NCBI GenBank assembly: GCA_976226885.1
Contig: OZ320313.1
Location: 142,476,001-142,540,000 of the forward strand
Reading direction: 5' to 3'
Length of the DNA: 64,000 nt
Source: Iphione sp. A-MEVVRFRX5
Taxonomy: Eukaryota
In this document: in pieces, positions 25,521-39,200 of the stretch
Layout of the letters: each line of letters begins with the position of its first letter
Numbering within the stretch: position 1 is the first letter of the stretch
The notes under the pieces: model-generated
Databases searched by the model: none
The model's input: the letters and a program-made list of their open reading frames with translations, nothing else
Told to the model about the DNA's origin: nothing
Program-made: the position numbers and the translations under genes

Positions 25521-26583
25521 CCGGGCACTAGGGACCAAGAGCAATTAGGAACTTAGTCTCCTGGTGCTGGGTGGGCAATTACCTTGCCGTAGTGGGAAGC
25601 TTGGATTGAGATTAACTTGCCGTTTTAAATCTAATGAGATCATCGGCGGATAGTGCTTCGAGAAGAGTTTCGACAAATATACACACAGACCGGTGCTAGC
25701 TTTTAATGTTAATGTCTCGATTGGAAAGCCGCAAAATAAAAAAGACGGTTCTGTGGAAAATTATTTTCTAGACATGATTTCCTGGATTCCCCTTGCGCGT
25801 CATTTGTTACTTGTTCAATGAATACAGGCGGGCGGAAACCCAGAGAAAATTTCGTGTTGAAACGTTGGATGAAAACGTCTCATCAGTACACGACTGATGT
25901 GCGTATCCTTGGTAGGTTTCAAACAGGTGGAAAGCTTTTTATCCTCTTTATGCCACAACTAGACAGGAAGAATGGGTATCATCGAGGATCACTTCTTCTT
26001 CCCTGGCAAGTGAACAAAGTCTCCATAAGCAGAAAACTATGTCTGCCTCCTCCTGATATTTTTTCGCTTGAGATTAGTGAATCCAGGGGGAAAAGATGCG
26101 CCACTGAGGAATCCATCATTAGAAACTAAATACATATTATCAACAATCCTCAGCAGACCGAACAAGATTTCTGTTCTCTTCTAATGAGAAAGTGTATCCT
26201 AACACCGGGGGAGTTAGGGCCAATGCTTGCAATTATTGAATATCACCTCATCTGTCCGGTTTTTACAGCAACCAGATTCCCATGTGGTTCTTAGCGAATC
26301 CATAACGAGGACAATATGGCTGCTTTCTGAACTAATGGGACCATGCATCTCCAGGGTATGTCTCCGCTACATGTTACACTGAATCTTTAGAAAGTGCATA
26401 ATTGTCATCTGTTCTATATATATTTTTGTCTGGTGGAAATCGCGGGGCATTTCCGTCATTCTTCCTTTGTACACAAATCTGTATGTATTCTTCGAAAGAA
26501 CGTTTATATAAAATCTCGTTTCGCCTCATATATATAGAGGGAGAGAGAGCAGTGTGAAAGAGAAGGCAGAGAGACATGTACAA

Positions 26584-26587
<4 letters not shown>

Positions 26588-26616
<29 letters not shown>
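26588..26616. repeat. (GA)n microsatellite
   Basis: Direct observation. Confidence 0.95.
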
Positions 26617-26618
<2 letters not shown>

Positions 26619-29600
26619 AAAAGTACAAATCCCCGACATCGATCGGGGGAAATTCCTCTAATACGCTTTCCTAAGCGTTTAAGAAGCAAATGTTGATGAA
26701 CTTAAAACTTAAGAGCAGTCCATGTCATTTCCTGGTGGAGCACAATTATAATGGTTCCGACTCTGAAGTTTCAGATTCAGTCCTCTTCTAGAGTCGGGTC
26801 TCGTGACGCTTATAAGTACTGTCGACCAATCACAGACCGTCTTGGAAGGCTCTCCATTTGATGGATGGAAGAAAGATTGATAGTCTTACCAATCAGGAGG
26901 AATTGTTTATTTATTCTCCACACTTTCTAGGGTCTCATGACCGATTTATTTTGTCATTATATCACCGTTAGACAACATCATACATGGTCACAACGGTGTA
27001 TACTTCTATGTTGCAAGCAAATTGTTAAGTAGACATGACGAATAGTAATTTCTGAATATGATTGGTGTGAATATGATATGGTGTGGTTATCCCCTGTTCC
27101 AGGTTAGATCCAACTTTGCTCCACAGTTACACAGAATAACCCTATTGGATATTAGGGCTAGTGGAAAAAAAATATCTGTTTTTACAGGAGCCCGACCCAC
27201 CCTGCTTTTGATGACAATGATACTTGTTATTTTTTTGTTTTGTGAATATCTTCATAGACTCACACAATACATCATTGTGTTCCTTACATCATTAGCTTTC
27301 AAATGATGTAAGTTTCATGAAGAGCCAAGAAAAAATGATTGTTCCATGTCTAGCCTTTTCACTGGTAAAAAAAACACCTGGCCTAAGTGACGGCAGCAAG
27401 TGATTGGTCAGAAAATTTAAGCGCTGACAGCCAAGGGCTTGGACGCAGTCCAAGCCTGAGCCTGGAGGCACTTAAATTTTCAACCCATCATGAGGAAAAG
27501 TTGTTAATCATGGTTCTGACAATGTTTTGAGTGAAACTAACCTTTTGTACAGCTTAAATTTGCCATATCATGTCTATTTCAAAGTGTTTCAGGCGGGATG
27601 AGGTATGTTTACTGATAATGCCATTTTTAATGCACCCAGTGTGCAGGTTTGACATAGTTTTCTATGTCCGGTTTAGTCTGGGCAGGATGCCGTTAACTCA
27701 AAGGCTTCATCAAAATATACATCGGATATGCCTCCCAACAAATCAGAAGAGTGTGTTTATGTTCTACTTCAATTGTTTCTCTCTGTGTTTACCTTTAAAT
27801 GGTCTCTTTCTTCCATAGTTCAAGTTTATAAAATCGAGTTGATGTCCATTCACCATTTCGTTTTGCGTTGAACAGAAGATATATACACGTCTTGTTCATC
27901 CAATAGCAACACATTTATGTAGGATGGGATGGCTTTTTACATGTGTGATTGGTCTCAGGTTTAGGAGAGATCACTGGGACATTGAAAGTATAGGAGTTTC
28001 ACTTTCAACCGTGTTAGAACACCTGACCCTATACTCTTTTAGCTTGTTATTGAAAATACATATGTATTTTGGGAGGACCTTATCATTGCGAAAATGATAT
28101 ATTCTTACTTATCCAGCCTGTGTAACAAAAACAGCTTCCTATTTTCAGAAAGGTTTATTGGCAGATACTGAAAATTCTAACTGAATGGTCAGTATCATGG
28201 AATAGAAGAAAGGACAAACTTAACCGTTGCATTTTCTAAGGTAGATATGACATCGTTTGCAAAAGTTCTACTAGGTCCACCCAGATATCGATCATAGCAC
28301 GTTTAAGGTTGCATCCTTCTGGACCAACATTTCTGGTACACAGTACATATATATATTACATACTATATTTTCTGGCATTCTGGTGCAAAATAGATTTGTC
28401 AAAGGGCCTCGTCTCTCTAAAAGGGATCCCCCTCGCAGTGGGCAAGTAAAGGTCCAATGCATGAATGTATTACACTGCCCGTATTGGACAACCTAAGGCA
28501 TGATCTAATGAAGGAGGACATCCTATCATTCCCAACCGTCGAGACTGTAATCCTTTAGATAAATGCTACCTCATGATTGCCTTGTTTTGTCATGATCAAC
28601 AGACTACATAGATTATGCAGTCTTTGTTCTTTACGTAAGTGTCCTTAATTCTGGTAGATCCTGCATTGTGACCTTCCCGTACTGTGGAATTTGATCGTAC
28701 ATTCATCGGCTCGTCTTACGAGAGATTTGTAAAGAAATCAAGATAAGGGGATAGTTTCCGTTGAGAACAGTTTCCTACTAATTGATTCAAGAGTTTACCA
28801 TGTGTAGTAATACAGTGCCGAAGCAAATTCAAAATTGCGCATGGTAACTCATAGGCATCGCGTCTGCCCTATCGACGCAAGAAAAGGGGTTTTCGCGTTC
28901 CTGTGTAGTTGGGAAGTAGAGCCTCAAAAGGAAGAATTCCTGGATTAGGCATAATTTTGCAATTTTTTCCGACATTCATTATTACATTCTCCTGGGTGCC
29001 GAATGGAGATTCAGCACTAGGCGTTTTGAATCACACTATAGACATAATATGCAGTGGGAAAACATGATGCAGTTTCTTTGATGCATTCTGTCTTTACTAA
29101 AGATCTACGATACAAACTTTAAGGTTCATGCAATAATAATTTAGTAGCGTAAAAAGTACACTACTTTTCGATTCAGGACCATGAAGGGCCTGCACAAGAA
29201 GGATGTGCCTTGTGTTATGCAGCAATTCCGGTCGTCAGTTCATCGATAGCAATATCTGCACAGCTGTCAAGCATATATACAACTGTATTTTTCCATTTTT
29301 TCATTATAATCATTAGAGTTATATCTCTAAATCCACCGCTTAGGTGGAACTTCATGTAACACAATAATGCAAGTTGGATCATTGTTATCAAGAAAAATAT
29401 GAAATAATTCAAATCACCCCTAACAGAAATTGGATTGAAATTTTCTTAAGCTGCAATAAGGGCTTGAAAGTTAAGTGCAGAGAAAAAGTGCAGTGGGAGT
29501 TTTTCTGCCTGCAGGGCTGGCAAGTGGAGCAGACCTCGATGCAGGTAATCGTTGAATTTTGATAATTTACAAGCGGGTGAAAACAGAATCCTGTGGGTGA

Positions 29601-31199
29601 CTGGGAAGATTGACCGTATTATCCATAGTATATTCACATCATCCCATTTGCAGGTGAAATAGGGCAGCTCTAAAGGGGCTCAAATGTGGGCATCACCCAT
29701 GAGTTGTTGGTGACTTGGCAACCCTGTCCCTTCACCCTTGAGAAGTTCAGAGAAACAAAGCACTAAATGATGCTTGTATACACAAGCCAAACACATCAGC
29801 AACAAATGTACCCAATAAACTGTAAACAAAAAGGCAATGGTTGCTAAACTGTCATGATCACCCTGAGAAGCCTTACTTGGTGATAAATGCTGCCTTAATC
29901 GGTGATATCACAGTTATCCCGGATGGTTCAAATTGGCGGCAAAAGTACAACTGTCATTCTGTCCAAGCTTTCACTAAAATCGTCGGAAGTTTATGCAGAA
30001 GTGAATATTCATTTGCATATCAAGACCCCTTGACAATGTGGGTTATGGTTAAACTCGCATCTGATGATGGGTGACACCGGTCGCCGTACAGGAACGTGTA
30101 TCGCCGGGTCGATAGAATGCTAGTAGCGCTGCATGGTGACAAGTACATGAAGTAAACATGTATAGCTATTGGTTGTCCTGCCACCTGGCGTAAAGTAGGA
30201 AATCAAAATTAGAATCAGTCTGCCAATGAAGGGCCAGACAGAGTGCGTTCGTATTAGGGAGGATTGACGAGACGTTCATATAGATCTACAACAAAACCCG
30301 TCAACTTAGGATTGGTTCCCAATAGTGTTAACGTGCCGCAATATAACTAGTTCAACATGAGACCTCTGTTTGATGTGAGTGCATGTTGAATGGGTCAGAA
30401 TGACAACAACACCTTGCTTTTCCACTCCCCTTGCTATTGCACAGGCGATTCCCTGGAACGAAGTAACTCTCTCACATCTAACATTTAAACGCCTCGGTAT
30501 TCTAGACAGAAATCCATTTAGTAAAGATAACCCCTCACATTTCGATACCTTTGCTTGAAAATAACGTAGATGATTTTATGTAAATATGTCTATAAACGCC
30601 ATCAGTTTGTTAGGTAGTATCATTCATATATCTGATTATTTTCTATGAATGACTCTGGGTGCTATGTCTAATGATATACAATGAGTAGACCTATAACTTT
30701 GTTAGTGCTGACTCTCTGTCCAGCCTAGACAACTCAAGATACAGTCAAGATAATCTATTCCAAATAAAGAAGCGAATATATATAATACGGGTGTCAAAAA
30801 AGATTCTTTGTCCTCAGAAATCATTTTAAAAAAAATAAAATATTGAACCACATCGTTATGGCAGGTATCTTCAAGCATTGTCGCAGTAGTGAGCAATTTA
30901 TGTACTTTCTAGGCAGAATTTTCAATAAGTAGTTTAAATTATGTAATTATATCAGGATTCAAAGTTACTATGGCCCATTCAAATAAGCCTTGGGGCCAAA
31001 AGTAGGAGAGGGTTCAATAAACTCCAAAGTAATTGACACAGATTATCAATTTTTAAATCATTCAATTTGAGAGCATATTGAGAGCATGACAGGCACTTTT
31101 ACTATTCTTTGATCCTTTTCAAAAATAAATATATGTGGACTATATACTGGGGACACTTTTGGCCGGAACAGGATCACAGTTCGTCTATCCATGGCACCA

Positions 31200-33050
31200 T
31201 CCAGAGCTGGGGATACACCCTAAATGGGGACACCTTCATTGGGAGCCAAGGGTGTCCCCAGCTCCCATGTTCAACTGTAACTTCGAACTATCCTTCGGAA
31301 CTGTGATTTGTAGTTTTAATATCCTTTGTTGGTCTGTCCTGCAATCTTCCCCAGGTAAGGTGGTGTGTATTCAAGTCATAACAGGGGATGGATGTGCCTT
31401 AGTCAGATGTTTTGTTTGCAATACTGGAATTCCCTCTCAACATAAATATGTTGTGTATAGCGAGAGTATGAGACGTAAGTGTGACTCAGATGTTGATATG
31501 TTCTGTGTCATCAACAAAGATGTAGTCATCAGCAACTGCAATCACAAGGTATTATCTATGTGCGGATATGAGTATTCTATGGTGCCCATCCTGTTAAAGA
31601 AGATGTATCCTGGAATGCAGAGCTGAGATTTCATGTTGTCAGCTGTCCTGGTCAGCCTGGTGTCCTGTAGTCACAGTATGTCAATGTCCTCATTGATCAC
31701 TTGCTGGATGGTGACAATATTGTCTCTGGCTCCTTAGCAGTTTCTGTGTATGAGATCAAAGTCCTTCATCCTGATGGATAAGTCATGATCGGATGCACTT
31801 TTAGGAGGAACGTCTTGACTAGGTTGATGAAGGCCTCCAGCTGCATACAGGTGTGGTTGGACAGAGGGCTGGGGTGCATCATTTCCTTTATAATTTTTGG
31901 TTGTTGCTGCATTTCTCCAGGAAGACATATTGTTTACACACGAAGCATCATGTTGGGTCTCGGGTTTATGTCCTCAACAGGAAACATCCAGGAACTCCGG
32001 AGGTCAAGTTCTATAGTGGCTGCTCCCCAATTCAGCAGATTTTTATTATGGTAGTGCATGTGTATAGGTATGTGCATGTGCATTTACTTCTAGGTTTAGT
32101 GGTACCAAAGATCACTGCGTGCCCTCTTCGGTTGGTATCCCTTGGATGGGTGTGCTCTTGAGATTCAGACAGGTTTTTACTTAGTAAGCATAAACATCAG
32201 ATTCCTTTATTCATACCTGGATTGGCAATGCATAATATTTCCCAATGCATGATATTATGATACGTGCCAGTTAGTCTGGATTAAATAGATGGTATTGTGG
32301 TTCAAATGGTTGCAAACGTTGTCTTTTTTATTGATGGTAGAGCAGGCAGCCATATACATTGTAATGTACAGTCATGCTATCTGTTTGGTAATTACATCTT
32401 AGGCTATAGGTTACATTTAACTTCTTCGAAGAGTTTACAGCTCATTCTAAAACAGGAGAGAGATATCTAAATGTTTCTATATCTACTTGAGGTTCTTTTG
32501 TTCCTGATTTTCATGCTTTGTCAGCTCCCTGTACCCAGTTGATTAGTTTCTTGGCCTGGACTTTTCTACAGTGCAGTTGATTTTTAGACTAGGTTGATTG
32601 TGTCTGAGGGTTGGTGAAGTTGCAAATTATTTCTTCGTTGGGTGTTCACTGGTAACCTCTTTTTGGCCATTGCCTGTTACTTTGTAGACCCTGGTGGTTG
32701 GAATACGAGACATAGAAAGCCTCTCTACTCTACCCTTTAGGTGACCTGCACATGATTTTTAGCATACTAGGTTCCCAATTTTGCAGGTAGTTTTAGAATC
32801 TTATGCTTCTTTTTCTTGGAAAGGTATTAAGACCACAGCCTTTATTGATGGGACTTTCCATGCAGGCTTATTGGGATTTCTCGATGTTCGTGTGTTCAAT
32901 CTGGGGGAAGGATGGTGCTTATGATTGTACTGACTTCGTTAGCCCAACCTGGAGAGTGGATTGGGTGCTGTGTGTAGATGTGTAGGTGTAGGGGTCTTGC
33001 CTCTTTCACGGTCCCATTCAAAAGAAAGAGAAAAGAGAGAGTTGATCAGT
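31200..33050 (-). mobile_element. Decayed non-LTR retrotransposon (I/Nimb-like), ORF1 remnant plus APE endonuclease; RT absent
   Basis: The minus strand gives LIHRNC*GARDNIVTIQQVINEDIDIL*LQDTRL...IPGYIFF (APE domains I-II) and DLNTHHLTWG (cf. GDFNAHHP.WG) near 31355-31385. Degenerate Cys/His knuckle-like ORF1 sequence lies at 32.0-32.3 kb. Confidence 0.78.
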
Positions 33051-34599
33051 TCATAATCAGCACACATTAATCGCAATGTACTTGGCAGGCCGTAGCAGGC
33101 GGTCTAAAATATTTCGGGTCTGCCACATTCTGTCAGATGTCTCCATCTTGGTGACACTGGTCCTGAAACGATATCTCAGATTTCATGTGGTGCAACAATC
33201 TCTGAGGGCAACAAACCTGGAGGGCACATGATATATACTGGCTTCAATTCATTCGATGGCACCACGTGTATATGGAAATCTTTAGTAACTTTTACAATTC
33301 AAGAGAGATAAAAATTGAGATCAATATGCCACAAGCGCCGAGTGGCCGTACTGGTCATCGTGTTTCCTTCACGGAATTTCTCTCTGTTAACCTTCAAATT
33401 CAAATAAAACACATCGGCTGCTATGGGTTTATTTGAGGCCTGAACCACATTGATGCTTGCTGATCTGTCCGTATTCACCTTTGAATTTTACTTTCTCCCT
33501 TTTCGCCCGCCGTCTTGCGTTTGTTAACAGAGCGTAATATATCCTATACTTATAGACCAATTTAGACTAAATTTGGAAGCTACTAAAGGGAGATTATTCT
33601 GTAATCATGTCCATTCATAAAACCATATATCAACAGAAGTTGTAAAAACCAGTAAATATGTAATGATTTGTTTTCGTAATAGCTTCTCTGAAAAACATGG
33701 GAGAATACAGTCAATACACTACTGTTGGGTCCATTGACGTGATAATTATTCTTCAGGTTTCAGAGATGTAAATGATTTGTAGTTTGGGGCTATCTGATTT
33801 GCTTGTAATGGTAAGGATTTCATAGTATATCTCTGTTAGATAAATGAGCATTTACCGATGAGGATAATCATGTACACCAGAAACAACCCAAGAAAAATCA
33901 TGACAACAACGTCGAATTAGTAGACATTTAAATGGGAGATTTTGTATATACCACTAATTGTCCGGATATTCTGTACATAAACCGTTATATTTGAATCTAA
34001 TCTGACACAAGCACACATACACACACATCCGCCCACACACACACAGACAGGCACAGACACAGACAAATGCACGCACACTTACACAAGCGCAGGCCATTTT
34101 GTGAACAGCTGGATGTATGTAGCCTATTAGACATTGTTCCCACGGATGGCCGATCTGGGTGAGAAGCCTATATAGCTGGATGTTGTATTGACACAAACAG
34201 CTGGCAAACTTGTAATTTTAGGAAACGGGATGGTACGTGTCTGAGATGACTGCTTGTTCCCCTAGGCCATCTGAAATGATTGCCCGCAAAATACACTAAA
34301 TCTGATGATATTTCCTCTCGCATTCGCAAAAATAGGAATGGCCCTCTCTCACTCTTATTAGCCTTCGAGGTTTAGAGTAACAGAGTGTGGAGGGCTGATA
34401 GTACTTCTTTTTGAGATTTCTACATTCAAGGTTCCATACATTTTTTGCATATGTCAGTTATTTTGCCGTCTTGAAGATATTTGATTCCACATACATACAC
34501 ACATCTACAATGTATTCTCATATAATCTAATAAATAGACATGCAAAATGTAATTACCTGTTCATTCAGCCAGCCAAACACACTCATTGACACGTTCTGG

Positions 34600-36200
34600 C
34601 ATTTAAAGTTAACTACGAACTACGTGCGGAAGACAGGCACATTTTATTAAAGGAAGGGGAGATTGTGACAGACCAACAGGACAGAGCATAAATTTTGAAT
34701 GAATATCTTGTTGACTCAGTTGACAGTATAAGACAAGGTTGAGAAACAAGGGAGCCTGAGTTGAGGGAGTCTAGGACCACTATGGACTCCTTTGGGGAAT
34801 AAGGGTAGGATCATTAATTAAGCTAGTTAAAAGGCAGGAACTATCAAAACTGACTGGTGTCGATGAAGTCTCGATGAGAGTATTAAAGGATTTGTTGTGC
34901 ATAAAGATTAATTAATATCACTGGATTCTCAGCAAGTGTCTGGAACGGGATATTTGTTGAGTCGTGGGAAAAAACCAACCGTAGTCCCAATTTACAAAAA
35001 GTGTTCTAGACTTGTCTAAACAAAACTGTAGACCAGTTTCGCTGTTGCCGTCCCCTGGAAAGATCCTGGAGAGGGTGGTTTATGACAAAGTGGACAAATT
35101 CATAACTGAAATTATCTCTTAAGTCCATACCAGTTTGGTTTCAGAGAAAAGAGGGGATGTGCTGCAGCCTGATTGACATTTCTTAAACATATCTATGAGG
35201 ATATTAACAGATCTAGGTATGTGACAGTAGTATTTCTTGATTTATCCAAAGCTTTCAATCTGGTTAACCATAAAATTCTTTTGGCAATATTGTTTAATTG
35301 GAGATTAAGGGGTACAGTTCTAAATTGGTTTACATCATATTTCCAGAATCGATTCCAGCAAGTTAAATGTAATGTGTTAATGTCAGAATTTAAGGGTGTT
35401 GAAGTAGGTGTGCCACAGGGGTTAATTTGGGGCAACTGGCTATTCTTAGCCATGATAAATGAGGTGGCAGTGATATCCACACTCTCCAGGATCTTTCTCT
35501 ATGCTGATGACATGACAGTGTATGTATAGGGGGCAAATGCTATGGCACTATCACTTAAAGCCAATTACACCTTGGGGCAAATATCTGCCTGGTGTGACAC
35601 AAATGGTTTAATAATCTAGGTAAGAGCAAATACATGAACTTTGGCAAAAGTATAGGATATAACTTAGATTTGGGTATAAAAGGGAATCAGCTACAATTGG
35701 TACATCAGTTTAACTACTTGGGATTTTGGCTAGATGAAAAACTACGTTTTACTAAACTGATTGAAAATGTTATTGGGAAAATAAATGTTAAGACCCTATT
35801 GTTAAAGAGGGCCTGCCCCCCTTCCTAGATGAAAAGACTATGTTGACAGTGTCCAATGCATTTGTCATTCCATACTTCAACCTAGACTTACAATTGTTAA
35901 TCAGTGTTGGAGACACTGTCCTGGAACCCTTGAGGAGATGCCTTAAGTTCGCTATCAGGAAATGCTTTTTAGGATTGGATAGCCCAAGTGCTGATGTTAA
36001 TGTTTGGATGGAAAAATTTATTAAATGTGGGTCAGCATATCAGGTATTTTTTCCCATCTAACAATGTATGATCTGTTTTATTTAGGTTTTTGTACCCTGG
36101 ATGATGTGAAACCTACACGGGGACTGAAGTTGGAGCATCCAACCACCAATGTGTATCAAACAAAGTTTTGTATATATTGGTACAAAGATGTGGAATGGGT
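34600..36200 (+). mobile_element. Decayed non-LTR retrotransposon, L2/CR1-group reverse transcriptase (5'-truncated)
   Basis: The provided ORF 35173-35529 has FLDLSKAFNLVNH, LRGTVLNWFTSYF, GVPQG and LYADD. Upstream frames give RPVSLLPSPGKILERVVYD and YQFGFREK. Downstream frames give FNYLGFWLDEKLRF and FVIPYFN. Many stops and frameshifts. Confidence 0.95.
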
Positions 36201-39200
36201 TACCACTATCATTGTGTGATGCTGATAAGAAGAAATATAAGATAACAGCTACGAGACTGTGTATGGGTGAATGTCAGAAGACATAGTGATGTTGTATGTG
36301 GATTAGCAGTAAAATGGTACTGTCATAAATTGAGATGCTAGTATAGATGTGTCTACAGTACTGAAAATGTATGGGTAGTATGTGGATTAGCAGGAATGCG
36401 ATACTGTTACAAGTGTATGTATGTGAACAGTCCTGATAGTGTAGGAGTAATAATTGTTTAATGCAAAAGAAATTTTGATGTGATATGTATCATGATCAAT
36501 TAAATTATGTTACACTTATGCTGAATGCAGGATCAGAAATAAAATGTGAGTATTTTGGTTACATTACATTGTTATTATATATATGGCGATATGTTTTTGG
36601 TATTTTTCTGAGCTTCTTAAGGAAATTCTTACTTTGAATGCTGAATAAACAGTTGAAAGTCGAAGTTGAACAAAACCCAGCATTTAACAAAAGAATTCTC
36701 CATTGCTTTTGTATCTGTTAGTGTATTAAAATTCTCTCATATTGCTATAATATTCTATATCGTGGCATTTCCCCTCATCATCCACTTCCTGGTGAGAGGC
36801 CCAAATGCGCCATTGCAAATAAAATGTTACCATACATTCTTTATCTTTATATTAAGCTTTTGATTCCTTTTGCAACTCCTATGATGAGACCTTTACATTT
36901 TGAACGTAGTGTCTTTGATTGACTTCTAATAATTAACTACATAAGCTGATCAACAATGAGATCATTCACAGCTCCGGTCTGATCAGGTCGTGATGCAGGG
37001 TGGTTGGATTAGTCAGGGACAAACCTTGTAAAAGGCATCCTAGTTACAGATTATACATCTATACATTACACTAGTGCATGATAGAAACAAGCTCAGGCAA
37101 CGTGTGCTGACATGATGATCGTGCACTGCCATAATGTAATTGTATTAAACATGCACGTCCACATTCATACTTGCAATGCAAAGTCCGTGCGATATAAATT
37201 GCACTATTTGTTTTATTTCTAAAGAATGAAAATGAAAATGGAAATGTGCATTAGCGGATGACAATAACTGGCACTATTAGAGTGTCACTTCATAAAGTGG
37301 ACTTACTGCGACTGGATGAATCAAACACTTCAGAGAACGATTCTGTCATAGGAGCGTCAGTTAATTCGCATATGTACGTGCCTACATGAGCGTCATCACA
37401 AGCGCATAGTGACTTGAGATACAAGAGTATGGCTCCTTCGTACAGCTGAACATATTTCATAAAGTAATTTCGAGATCAGTACTGAAATCTTCCTGGGTGA
37501 TGCCCGTAATGATTTCTATCACTAACACAGTAATGTATAACTATGCGGTAGGTTTATTTGTATTTTTCAAAATTTTATCGTTACATGTATTAATATTTCG
37601 AACAGTCACGTCATGGGAATGGAGGGTGAAATCCATCTGGCTTCGTACGAGATGTCCATGGTTGCGGGTAACCTACATTGGCATCCACAGCGTATATATA
37701 CCACCCTTGCTTGGGTCCACAATGTGGGACAAGCGACGCTTGCCAATCTTTGTCGTGCAAATGTGTGGAAAATAGGAGCAATGACACCCATTTCAATAAG
37801 TACTGCATTTACGTTAAGTGTGTTTTTCACTCGCGTCTCTGTGTTACACCCAAACCACAGATTCCACCCGCCCCGTGTCTCTCTGGAACATCCTGAGGTG
37901 GTTGGTTGCCATTTTAGGGAAAGTATCTCCTGCCCGCTTTTAGTGAATTCTCGAGCAGAAAAGATACTCATAAATGAGAAAAGACACTCATAAATGAAAA
38001 AACACACTTCAAAGGGCCTCCGTGCAAGGATTTGAATACATTTAGACAATATAAATGCGAGGCTGTTTTTGTGTGGGAAGATATAGCAGAGTAGGGGATG
38101 CATTCGCTTAAATCTACAGAAGGTAAATCAGATACCTGTTATAACATACAGACATTCGTTTGTTAACGAAATAGATTTAGATATATTCTATGAAGCTTTG
38201 TGCTGTGGGAAACTTCATTTCAATAGGTACACTCCTCCTGAATCATCAAGGTTTTGCCAGAAATAAAATAGAGATCTCCGTTTCCAGAAACATTGAAAAG
38301 GGGTTGGTAGGTTGGTGATTCTATTTCAGTTACCACAGAAATGTTCCAGTGAAAAGACTAGATAGTACTTCACAACCCTGGAACCATAACTTCGACTGCT
38401 TGGATGAATTAATGCAACCTATTTTCATATGGAACTAAGGTGCTAAGGAACACATGGATGCATTGTATGAGTCTGTAGCTTTATGCAATGCAGAGATTAC
38501 TTGCAAAACAATAAAAAAATATGTTATATAGGTTTTAATCTATATATTAGTATAATTACATATCCGGACTATGTCATACATATATGGTGTATGCGTGCGG
38601 TTGTTGTGTGATTGTTGTTTTTAGAATCGACCAATTTTCTGGGTGATAAATTCTTCTACAGGCAATCTTAGCAATGAGACCTGCATATAGATGTACGTGT
38701 ATAAGGATTATACAGATATATGACGTAGACAAGGCATTGTTGTGTATCCTAGACAACCGTGTATCGTCACCATGATACCCGCATTCCAACGACACTTTAT
38801 ATCAGATTTTTATCTTTACAATAAAGGCACCTGTTAACCCTACTCCCTTGTTTGTGTGTTGTATCGGCATATACAATGATATATGTATAAACGGTATGTT
38901 AATGTACAAGTTTTTTTTCTAGATTGTATTGTTGTAAGGCAGTATTTCAATGTACTCTGGTTGTACTGCCCCGTACGTGGGGCTGTATAGGCCAAACACT
39001 ATGTACTAAAATGCTATACCCATGTACATGGGTTGTACGGATCTGCACATGAATTCGTGCAGACCACTAAAGTACCCATGTGCAGATCCGTACCAACTGT
39101 TGTATATGGAAAGGGTCCCTAAGTAGAATTATTTTATTTGTCTCATTATTCATATCAATACTGGCGTTTTTGTTGAGTAGGCTTTATGTACTTGAGTGTA

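Noticed and set aside
29200-30080. Exon-like segment with donor GCAG|GTAATC and acceptor TTTGCAG|GTG
   Set aside because: Multiple stops in all frames and no recognisable domain; probably an unidentified repeat.
31135-31626. 163-aa plus-strand ORF
   Set aside because: Antisense to the decayed APE endonuclease on the minus strand.
37606-38103. 165-aa minus and 126-aa plus overlapping ORFs
   Set aside because: No motif, codon bias or splice support; consistent with chance.
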